Positions 41,974-53,203 of a stretch of DNA of 64,000 nucleotides are shown piece by piece (position 1 is the stretch's first letter; each line of letters opens with the position of its first letter). A program made the translations under genes and the position numbers. Under the pieces are notes generated by a model, which was given only the letters and a program-made list of their open reading frames with translations, ran no database searches and was not told the DNA's origin. The stretch is from Macrostomum lignano (lineage: Eukaryota): assembly GCA_002269645.1 (NCBI GenBank), contig NIVC01001119.1, positions 62,001 through 126,000 of the forward strand. The letters run 5' to 3'.

Positions 41974-44900
41974 TTAAAGAGCAACATAACCAGCCTCGCC
42001 TTCAATAGCAAAATCTTCAAGGAACTCTTTGATTCGACGAAATGTGGCCCGAGACTTTCGCGACTTGCTCCAGCATTCGTTCAACATGAACTCATACAGT
42101 CTGAAAGAGGGACAGAGACCAATTCTTGTACACCAAGCCCTAAATTACTGTTAAGACAAAGACATAGACTAGGGGGGGTGGGGGTTGAGTGCAAGTAAGA
42201 AAAGGAGGGGTGGAGTGCGCGACTAAGGAAAGAGGCACGATTGAAGAACCAATCAGAAGGCAGCGAGGGTGAGAGAGATAAGAACAAGACTGAACCACAG
42301 ATACTAGAATGACTAGATGGGCCACTCAGCACATTTGCGTGTCAGCTACTTTCAATTCAGTAGTAAGTGAAACAGAAGCATTTTAATGCATTTTTAAAGT
42401 CAAGGCTCATTTATTGGCTCTTACCCCTCTCAGCTAAAACGGCCTCCAACAGCGCCTTTCCAAACTACCCCCCCCCGCCCACCCGATTTTTTATTGCCTT
42501 TCTCGGAATTCCAGCCTAAATCTGCCATGTACATTTCAGTGGACTGGCTAATGTACATTATTGCTGAACCAATTAGCAAGTTGTTTACGCGCCTGCACGC
42601 TTGGGCTTCTAAACTTATCAAAGTCATTTCAGCTGCCTTTATTTCTATAAAATAGCTTCTGCATTCTTCTTTGCTATTGAACTGAAAGTAGAAAGCTGTT
42701 TTACTAAGTATATATGCCTGAGTGGGCTATCTAGCTAATTTTGTATCCGTGGCCTGAACTGGACAGAAAGAAGGGAGGATGAGAATGTAATATAGCATTG
42801 TGCGAGTGTTTTCCACTCTTACGGTGTATCGCATTTAGACATCCATAATTTTACTCACTTGCTGGCCGTTGCTTCATCGAGTCCGTAATCAGTGAGCTTG
42901 ATGTTCATTGTGGCACCCTTGGCCACACGCTCCTGAACTTCAGAGACGCGCCAGCTCTTGTAGGGCTTCTCGCCCCGAGAGAACACTTCAAAAATGACGA
43001 TGCCAAACGACCAGACATCGGATTTGATGGTGAAGAGCCCCTTCGAGATGCACTCTGGAGCACTCCAGCGCAGAGGGAACGCCGAGTTCTTGCGATAATA
43101 CTCGGATTCTACAAGTCTTGCTAGACCGAAATCGGCAACTTTCACTAGAAACTCGTTGTACATGAGTATGTTGGCCGTGCGCAGGTCGGAGTGAATGTAC
43201 TTGCGCTCCTCCAGGTACTTCATGCCGTCCGCTACCTGATGCAAATAGCCCATCATGTCGCGAGTTCTGATTGCCCTTTTTTCCCTGTCTTTGACTAAAT
43301 TATGGTACAGAGAGCCCATTGGCATGTACTCGGTCACAATGTAGAAAGGCTCTTCTCTCGTGCAAACTCCAATTAGTTGCACAATTTTCGGGTGGCTCAA
43401 GCTGTGCATTATTTTGGCCTCTTTGATAAAATCTTCAGTGCCGCTAGTCGACTCTGTGGCCATCTTTTTGACAGCGACTTGCAAGCAGGGGCCGAACTTG
43501 GCGAGATGCACCTGAGGGCGAGGTAGGAAAAGCACTTTCATTGTTGGTTCAAAAATAATTTTAATAATCTATCATCCTCGCCTACTGGGACTCTATCATC
43601 TCTTGCTGGGATTCTATCATCTCTTGCTGGGACTCTATCATCTCTTTCTGGGACTCTATCATCTCTTGCTGGGATTCTATCATCTCTTGCTGGGATTCTA
43701 TCATCTCTTTCTGGGATTCTATCATCTCTTACTGGGATTCTATCATCTCTTACTGGGATTCTATCATCTCTTACTGGGATTCTATCATCTCTTACTGGGA
43801 TTCTATCATCTCTTACTGGGATTCTATCATCTCTTACTGGGATTCTATCATCTCTTACTGGGATTCTATCATATCTTGTTGGGATTCTATCATCTCTTAC
43901 TGGGATTCTATCATCTCTTACTGGGATTCTATCATCTCTTACTGGGATTCTATCATCTCTTGCTGGGACACTATCATCTCTTGCAGGGACTCTATCATCT
44001 CTTGCTGGGATTTTATCATCTCTTGCTGGGACACTATCATCTCTTACTGGGATTCTATCATCTCTTTCTGGGATTCTATCATCTCTTTCGGGGATTCCAT
44101 CATCTCTTTCTGGGATTCTATCATCTCTTACTGGGATTCTATCATCTCTTACTGGGATTCTATCATCTCTTACTGGGATTCTATCATCTCTTACTGGGAT
44201 TCTATCATCTCTTACTGGGGTTCTATCATCTCTTATTGGGATTCTATCATCTCTTACTGGGATTCTATAATCTCTTACTGGGATTCTATCATCTCTTTTT
44301 GCTGGGATTCTATCATCTCTTACTGGGATTCTATCATCTCTTGTTGGGATTCTATCATCTCTTACTGGGATTCTATAATCTCTTACTGGGATTCTATCAT
44401 CTCTTACTGGGATTCTATCATCTCTTACTGGGATTCTATCATCTCTTACTGGGATTCTATCATCTCTTACTGGGATTCTATCATCTCTTGCTGGGACACT
44501 ATCATCTCTTGCTGGGACACTATCATCTCTTGTTGGGATTCTATCATCTCTTGCTGGGACACTATCATCTCTTGCTGGGATTCTATCATCTCTTGCTGGG
44601 ATTCTATCATCTCTTGCTGGGATTCTATCATCTCTTGCTGGGATTCTATCATCTCTTTCTGGGACACTATCATCTCTTGCTGGGATTCTATCATCTCTTT
44701 CTGGGATTCTATCATCTCTTTCTGGGATTCTATCATCTCTTTCTGGGATTCTATCATCTCTTACTGGGATTCAAACATCTCTTACTGGGATTCTATCATC
44801 TCTTGCTGGGACTCTATCATCTCTTGCTGGGATTCTATTATCTCTTGCTGGGACACTATCATCTCTTGCTGGGATTCTATCATCTCTTGCTGGGACACTA

Positions 44901-47900
44901 TCATCTCTTGCTGGGACTCGATCATCTCTTGCTGGGATTCTATCATCTCTTGCTGGGACACTATCATCTCTTGCTGGGATTCTATCATCTCTTGCTGGTA
45001 TTCTATCATCTCTTTCTGGGACACTATCATCTCTTGCTGGGATTCTATCATCTCTTATTGGGATTCTATCATCTCTTACTGGGATTCTACCATCTCTTAC
45101 TGGGATTCTATAATCTCTTGCTGGGATTCTATCATCTCTTACTGGGATTCTATCATCTCTTACTGGGATTCTATTATCTCTTGCTGGGACACTATCATCT
45201 CTTGCTGGGACTCTATCATCTCTTGCTGGGATTCTATCATCTCTTGCTGGGATTCTATCATCTCTTAATGGGACACTATCATCTCTTGCTGGGATTCTAT
45301 CATCTCTTTCTGGGATTCTATCATCTCTTACTGGGATTCTATCATCTCTTTCTGGGATTCTATCATCTCTTTCTGGGTTTCTATCATCACTTACTGGGAT
45401 TCTATCATCTCTTACTGGGAGACTATCATCTCTTGTTGGGATTCTATCATCTCTTGCTGGGACACTATCATCTCTTGCTGGGACTCTATCATCTCTTACT
45501 GGGATTCTATCATCTCTTACTGGGATTCTATCATCTCTTGCTGGGACACTATCATCTCTTGCTGGGACTCTATCATCTCTTGCTGGGATTCTATCATCTC
45601 TTGCTGGGACACTATCATCTCTTGCTGGGATTCTATCATCTCTTTCTGGGACACTATCATCTCTTGCTGGGATTCTATCATCTCTTACTGGGATTCTATC
45701 ATCTCTTTCTGGGATTCTATCATCTCTTTCTGGGATTCTATCATCTCTTACTGGGATTCTATCATCTCTTTCTGGGATTCTATCATCTCTTACTGGGATT
45801 CTATCATCTCTTACTGGGATTCTATCATCTCTTGCTGGGATTCTATCATCTCTTGCTGGGACACTATCATCTCTTGCAGGGACTCTATCATCTCTTGCTG
45901 GGATTCTATCATCTCTTGCTGGGACACTATCATCTCTTACTGGGATTCTATCATCTCTTTCTGGGATTCTATCATCTCTTTCGGGGATTCCATCATCTCT
46001 TTCTGGGATTCTATCATCTCTTACTGGGATTCTAACATCTCTTACTGGGATTCTATCATCTCTTGCTGGGACACTATCATCTCTTGCAGGGACTCTATCA
46101 TCTCTTGCTGGGACTCTATCATCTCTTGCTGGGACACTATCATCTCTTGCTGGGACTCTATCATCTCTTACTGGGATTCTATCATCTCTTACTGGGACAC
46201 TATCATCTCTTACTGGGATTCTATCATCTCTTTCTGGGATTCTATCATCTCTTTCGGGGATTCCATCATCTCTTTCTGGGATTCTATCATCTCTTACTGG
46301 GATTCTATCATCTCTTACTGGGATTCTAACATCTCTTACTGGGATTCTATCATCTCTTGCTGGGACACTATCATCTCTTGCAGGGACTCTATCATCTCTT
46401 GCTGGGAGACTATCATCTCTTGCTGGGACACTATCATCTCTTGCTGGGACTCTATCATCTCTTGCTGGGATTCTATCATCTCTTGCTGGGACACTATCAT
46501 CTCTTTCTGGGATTCTATCATCTCTTTCTGGGACACTATCATCTCTTGCTGGGATTCTATCATCTCTTACTGGGATTCTATCATCTCTTTCTGGGATTCT
46601 ATCATCTCTTACTGGGATTCTATCATCTCTTACTGGGATTCTATCATCTCTTACTGGGATTCTATCATCTCTTGCTGGGACACTATCATCTCTTGCAGGG
46701 ACTCTATCATCTCTTGCTGGGATTCTATCATCTCTTGCTGGGACACTATCATCTCTTACTGGGATTCTATCATCTCTTTCTGGGATTCTATCATCTCTTT
46801 CGGGGATTCCATCATCTCTTTCTGGGATTCTATCATCTCTTACTGGGATTCTATCATCTCTTACTGGGATTCTATCATCTCTTACTGGGATTCTATCATC
46901 TCTTACTGGTATTCTATCATCTCTTACTGGGATTATATCATCTCTTATTGGGATTCTATCATCTCTTACTGGGATTCTATCATCTCTTACTGGGATTCTA
47001 TCATCTCTTACTGGGATTCTATCATCTCTTACTGGGATTCTATCATCTCTTTCTGGGATTCTATCATCTCTTACTGGGATTCTATCATCTCTTACTGGGA
47101 TTCTATCATCTCTTACTGGGATTCTATAATCTCTTACTGGGATTCTATCATCTCTTTTTGCTGGGATTCTATCATCTCTTACTGGGATTCTATCATCTCT
47201 TATTGGGATTCTATCGTCTCTTATTGGGATTCTATCATCTCTTACTGGGATTCTATCATCTTTTACTGGGACTCTTACCGTGCCAAAGCTTCCACTGCCA
47301 ATCAGTTCGCTTATTTCGATATCAACTCTGTTGATCTCAAAGTCGCGGAAGTTCGGTGGCGGGATGTATTTGCGCGGACAGGGTCGAGCCAGTACCATCT
47401 GGCGGTCGTCAGAATCCTGCTGATAGTGAGCCAGCAGATCGGGCAGAGTCGCAAAAGTTCGCTGCGGACTCACATAGAACCCCGCGCCGTTCTCCATCGG
47501 CAGTATTCGATAATGACGGATAACAAAGCCTCTAGTTCCGTTAGAGTCGAAGGTGTCACAGCGGACGCTAAGAGAATAGCTGGGCAGGTGGGGCTGCAAC
47601 AGCTGATCAGCCTGTCGGCTATAATGCGGTCTCAGCAGGTAAGTGCCGTTCTCTAAGCCGGGCATTCGAAGTAGCCGCTCGGATTCTAATCGGTCGATTT
47701 CGAAATAGCAGTCCAGAGAAGCAGCCTGTAGGTGGAAGAAAATGATTTTTTTATGATTGGCTTCTCTCACTTCGAGCTGAGAAAAGAACGTTAATTGCAG
47801 CTTCTGATTTGTGTGCTGAACCTTGCATGTACTTTATTAGATCTATAGCTATCTCACAATAGATTTTATTTTTTCGAACACAATAATTCACCTGACGTTT

Positions 47901-48254
47901 ATCAGCACTCTTCAACAGGTGCTTAGGCGCGTAACCGGTGTCCCCACTGTCGTAGTGTCGGGCGTAACACCAGTACTGTCCCGGCTTCATGTCGAGCACC
48001 TCAAGAATATCGCCAATGCAAAAGGACAAATCACCGGCACAATTAGCCTGAAAAGTTTGGATGGCTTGCATAAAAACTTTCTCACACTCGGCACCGCGGC
48101 CGCCTGTGCTAGCATTGACTACGGCGCCGGAGTTCGACATGCTCCGATTGTCGGCCCGGGCATTGTTGCCGAAGTCTCGAGCGTCTACGTAGTCGGTTTC
48201 AGACGATCGACTTTTTGTATCGCGACGCCGCTGTCTGCTGAACAATTGACCCAT
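41974..48254 (-). CDS. Src-family tyrosine kinase paralog 2 (myristoylation-SH3-SH2-kinase), ~529 aa
   Basis: Exons 48254-47892, 47725-47279, 43511-42859 and 42100-41974 (phases 0, 0, 2). MGQLFSRQRRR; SH3 GDLSF...GYAP; SH2 YLLRP...RHY; GSGSFGTV, VAVK, HSDLRTAN, DFG, FPLRWSAPE. The last exon (KLYEFMLNECWSKSRKSRATF...LEDFAIEGEAGYVAL-stop) was translated manually. Confidence 0.92.
42440..42740. repeat. Dispersed repeat, inverted copy of 24750-25040, in kinase 2 intron 3
   Basis: Direct sequence match. Confidence 0.8.
43567..47278. repeat. 21-bp minisatellite (TCTATCATCTCTTRCTGGGAT), ~177 units, filling intron 2 of kinase 2
   Basis: Direct periodicity. Lies between the GTAAGAG donor (47278) and the CCTCAG acceptor (43512). 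Confidence 0.97.
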
Positions 48255-49733
48255 GCTTGATAACTGGAAGCATCCGGGGAACTGCGGTGGAGAAGTCGCA
48301 GCTAAAGCAGCTTGTATTTCGTTTCGTTTTTTTAGAAACCCTGCTACTACTAATACTACTACTTATACACCTCCCAAATCCAGACTGAACTATCCAACGT
48401 ACACCCCAATCTCCTACTCCTGTGCAATGTTTAAGCCTCGGTTGCAGTTGCTAAAAATAGACGAGAGAAGAGAAATAAAGAATTAGAACAGGTAGAGACA
48501 CTCGTAAGTTCGGCTTGGATTTGTTGCTCTCGTATATTGCCAGCTTTTCAGTGACTGTGAGAGACAAAATGACAGGCGGTGAGAAAATTAAATTGTTATT
48601 TTCTTCCTTTGCAAAGCTTTGGTTTGAAGACCTAAAATGACGAAGATGAGGCTACAAAATGATAAATTCTAGTAATACGGATCTTGAGTTTCTTCGCGTT
48701 TTCAATTAATGTACAATTGTGTACACTATATAGTGAGATGCTAATAAAAAAAGCTGCTTGAGCCGTGAACTGTGCATGAAGCTAGCCATAGTACCAAATC
48801 GCTCAAACCTCTCACCGATGTATTCGGTAAGCTTAAAGAATTAAAGCTTTGGGCTTGAAAAAACTATCTCACGCAAATACTACTGATACGAGCATACGTG
48901 TGCACCCAGCAATACATTAAAATTTCCGCTCCGAAAAGCCAGTGGTCAACTCTTCTCAGATCCCAGGCCCACACAGTCATACACACAGGCATACCATACT
49001 TACACAGGCGGCAGCAGGGAGCAGGAACACTCTTTCATTTGTTTCAAGTTCTATTTGCATAGTTTCTTTGTATTTAGTTTTACTACTGTATTGATTAAAT
49101 TTGTTTTATTTTTACTCTTCCAAACACGAACCTTAAAATACTATATATCGTACTAATAAGAAAAAAATACATCAGTTGCGTAAGAGCCCCCCCCCCAGGG
49201 CTGAGGCGCAGGGCCTTCGTTTGCCCAGTACTTATTAATGAATGAATGAATGAGCGGAGTGTAGGGGTCCGCTCCCTACAACTTTATTTATTTGTTGTTA
49301 AGCATGTATACATTTCACAGTGCCTGGGGGGGGGGCTTCCATAAATCCCAGATTTCACAACGTCGAAGCTTCATAACCTCGAAATATCGAGAAATGACCG
49401 CAGCCTGTGCTGATCAAACTCAAGAAGTTAACTTAAACCAAAGATCATATATACACAAGATGGGCCACTCATTAACCACTCGTGTGGCCATAGTTAGTGT
49501 AAAAAATCTTTTTTAACTTGCGACAGCGCGAAAATCAACTACTGAACTCAATTTCGTCAGTAGTCTCTGAAGTGCATGCATCATTCTTAGTTTGATTGAG
49601 TAGCTTTTTATTCAATTTATGAGTTCTATTAAATTCTCAAAAAAATAGCGTCTATGTCCCTAAGCTACTGAACTCAAATTTAGAAGAAACAGCGATCGCA
49701 CCTTCTCTATTAACGCCATCCAAAGTGGCCTAT

Positions 49734-50052
49734 CCATGGAGGAAAGAATAGAATGGAGTGCTGCTAAAATCTGAGCCAGTTATTTTTGTCTCGCTTGATC
49801 TTAACTTTTAACATCCCTTCCTCCCCCGTTCTTTCCTATTGGCTCGTGACTGCCATAGACAAAGTCTTTTTCGTTTCGTTTTCGCTTTCGTTCCCCTCTG
49901 AAAGGTCTGTCCCAGCATAGTTCGAGCTCGCATCAAAATATGCTTTCAGCCAATAGGAAGGAACGGGGCGAAAGGGATGTTAAAAGCAAAAATCGAGCGA
50001 GATAAAAATAACTGGCTCAGATTAGCACTCCATTCTATTCTTTCCTCCATGG
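49734..50052. mobile_element. 319-bp MITE with ~115-bp TIRs and a 6-bp TSD (GCCTAT)
   Basis: CCATGGAGGAAAGAATAGAATGGAGTGCT...CCTATTGGCT pairs with AGCCAATAGG...AGCACTCCATTCTATTCTTTCCTCCATGG. GCCTAT at 49728-49733 and 50053-50058. Confidence 0.85.
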
Positions 50053-50239
50053 GCCTATCTAGGGAATATAAGATCTATGACTTAAACTAACCCTGTAAAA
50101 AATTCGGCTGTTTCTTCTCTGCACATTTCAACCGGAATCAACCGTATTTGTGCCCTATATCCGCAGTGTGTACAGGAATCAACCGAGGAAACAGCCCATG
50201 TGACATTTAATTGTGCGGAATCAGCCAAAGAAACAGCCA

Positions 50240-51150
50240 AACATTGTCTTCTTCTGCAGCTGATTCCGCGACTCCTGGTTGATTCCAGTGAAGGAATCAC
50301 CTCAATTTTTCAGTTGATTCCCGCGACTCCTGGTTGATTCCTCAGTTGATTCCAGTGAAGGAATCACCTCAATTTTTCAGTTGATTCCCGCGACTCCTGG
50401 TTGATTCCTCAGCTCAGTCGGACGATTCTTACTACGTAGTACTACAGAGTACTCCGGGTTGATCACAGGACTGACTAATGTCCTTTAGCAGTGTCGGATG
50501 CATCCCCAACCCTAGCAGATCAACCACTTTGAGACCCAAATAATTTACTGTGCAGCTACTTTTACAAGTAGTTTCTTGTACATGTATCAAGAAAAATAAG
50601 ACCACTTTTCAGCGGAAGCACATGAGACAGCACAATTTCAGTCAATAAGCAAAAACGTGGTTGACAAAACCACCAAGCACCATCATCGTCATCATAAAAA
50701 ACAATGTATTTGACAACAACACAATAACAATTCACAACAATCCCACAGGGTCCCCGTGTGAAATTTAATATCAATCTACCATTTTTTCCCAATTGAAATG
50801 AGTAAATCTCACGATTCTATCACTATGCACGACAAAAGTAGAACAGCGGTTGAATTGATTCCCAGAGTGATTCTTGTCCTAGAAACATCTGACTGCGCTG
50901 ATTCCCTGTATTGACAGTTTCCTTCCTAAAGGTGGGTTGATTCCTTTAGCTACATTTAGCTGATTCCTTAAGTGGAATCGTCCTATTAAGCTGATTCCTA
51001 AATTGGCAGATTCCTTCCATTAAATTTGGCTGATTCTTTACCTAGAATCATCTGAAATATGTTGGTTCAGTTGATTCTCAACTATGGCTGTTTCCATTCT
51101 GTGGAATCATCCGAAATTACTGCTGATTCCAGCTGGAATCAACCGAAGAA
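50240..51150. repeat. Degenerate GATTC/GAATC-rich tract with a local tandem duplication (~50262-50410)
   Basis: Dozens of TGATTCC/GGAATCA motifs and a repeated block GATTCCAGTGAAGGAATCACCTCAATTTTTCAGTTGATTCCCGCGACTCCTGGTT. Confidence 0.65.
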
Positions 51151-51529
51151 TCAACCGAATTTTTGGCGGGAAATAAAAACACGAAAAGGCATAAGTCATA
51201 GTTACTGTTGTTTTCGCTCTAAATTTAAACTGACAATTTAATAATATTATTAGGAAATTTAAAATCTGAAGATGTTCAGACAGTGTTTAGTTTGTTTATT
51301 TTAAACATTTGTGGTAGAATAATAATTCAAGTATGTTGATAAGATCTTGAAGATAGTAGCATATAGTAAGGTTGCTGGTTATTAGTTGGTTAATAATGGA
51401 AAATTAGCCAACGCCTAAGTAGTAGAGAGGTGATTCTAATTTTTAAGGACTAAATATAACTAAAGCAACTAAATTTGTAGGCATTAAGTCCTGTACTGTT
51501 GCATATCAGGAGTCTGTCTACAGTTTTGC

Positions 51530-51880
51530 TCAGTGGTACTTGCTGTGCGCCTCGGCGGCGTGCTCGTCATATTTGACAACATACCAGATGAACATCGGGA
51601 AGAAGCAGGCCTGAGCAAGCAGCGGGGCGCCAATATTCTTCGGGCTAATCCACCGAAGATTATAGCGCCAATAGGCCCGACCGATGGCTTGACAAATGGC
51701 TATAGGATTGTAGTTCCTGCGGCCTAGCCAGGCTGGCAGATCTTTCACCTTAGTCTCCAGTAGTCTGGTATCGGTGCACCCGTAGTTCCGGTCCGGAGAA
51801 TAGAATCCGTGCACTCGCGGATCGTAGTTGCGGTGATAGCCGCCAACGCCCTGCTTGAATAGTGCGTCTAGAATGCCCAT
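51530..51880 (-). CDS. ATP5MF: Mitochondrial ATP synthase subunit f, intronless CDS, 116 aa
   Basis: YDPRVHGFYSPDRNYG...LPAWLGRRNYNP...RAYWRYNLRWISPK...KYH matches the invertebrate subunit f pattern (YNPKVHGPYDPARFYG, WLGRRN, RAWWRW, KYH). Confidence 0.9.
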   Translation of the reverse strand: MGILDALFKQGVGGYHRNYDPRVHGFYSPDRNYGCTDTRLLETKVKDLPAWLGRRNYNPIAICQAIGRAYWRYNLRWISPKNIGAPLLAQACFFPMFIWYVVKYDEHAAEAHSKYH

Positions 51881-52149
51881 CGTTTGCGAGCTGTTCTCGC
51901 TCTGTTTAGCTGAAATAGTTTTAGCCGGTATTGGATCTGGTTGAAAAACTAACCGACATTAAACAGTTGCTTTAAATTGACTCGAAGTTTGTGAAAGTGA
52001 GAACTCAGGAGTATGCATTTAATTGCGCGGGAGACAAAGGAAGAAGGAAGAGTGTACAATGGCGGGCCAGAGTAAGCGAAGGTTGCGTACATTAGGGGGA
52101 GGCAAGCCAAGAGAGAGTGTACACTGGGGGACAGAAAACAGCCAAGGGA

Positions 52150-52540
52150 GAGTGTACATTGGCGGAACAGGGGTAAGACAAGGAAGAATGTACATTGCCG
52201 GAACAGGGGTAAGACACGGAAGAGTGTACGTTGCCGGAACAGGGGTAAGACAAGGAAGAGTGTACATTGCCGGAACAGGGGTAAGACAAGGAAGAATGTA
52301 CATTGCCGGAACAGGGGTAAGACAAGGAAGAATGTACATTGCCGGAACAGGGGTAAGACAAGGAAGAATGTACATTGCCGGAACAGGGGTAAGACAAGGA
52401 AGAATGTACATTGCCGGAACAGGGGTAAGACAAGGAAGAGTGTACGTTGCCGGAACAGGGGTAAGACAAGGAAGAATGTACATTGCCGGAACAGGGGTAA
52501 GACAAGGAAGAATGTACATTGGCGGGACAGAAGGTAAGAA
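52150..52540. repeat. 36-bp minisatellite (GTACATTGCCGGAACAGGGGTAAGACAAGGAAGAAT) between RBM25 and ATP5MF
   Basis: Direct periodicity. Confidence 0.95.
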
Positions 52541-53203
52541 CAGAGCACAGAGGGTAAGAAAGTCAACACACTGCGTACATTTGGAGCACAGTGCATAGGT
52601 TAAGCTTGTGTGAGAGAATGATCCCACAACAAATAGATAAGGTAATTAATGATTGCAGCTCAACAAGAGTCCACAGCTCCGTATGGAAAAGCTGCCAGAA
52701 AAATGAAAAAACCTTCATAAAGATTTATTTTTACTCAAATAAACCGGACGCAGGCTAGCAAAATTCACGGCCAGAAAAGAACATCAGCATAGCAGAGAAA
52801 GCAAACAAAAGGAAAATGACAGAGAAGTAATGCCCAAGTAGTTGTTGATGGCACAATTAGCCTGTAACATTTCGTATTCGTGAGTAGAACTAATGTCAAT
52901 TAACAACAAGAAAACATAAGAAGCAAGGGTCAGACAGCATTATAAAATGCCAAATAAGCAGAATATAAACGCCCCCAAGTAATATTTAATGTAATTAGGC
53001 TGTACACACCAGTTCATATATGATATAATGTAGACTCGCTGGTCTTGAGGGGAGACCCATCCTAACAGTAACATATTTTGAATGAATGAATGTGACAAAA
53101 ATGCAAATAACTCAACGGGGGCCAAAGTAAGTCTATATTTGATGCATTATATTAACATACAATAATATTAAGCTAGAAAAAACTGACACAGACGACACTG
53201 GAT

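Noticed and set aside
43603-46035. 810-aa (LLGFYHL)n ORF
   Set aside because: Antisense frame of the 21-bp intronic minisatellite.
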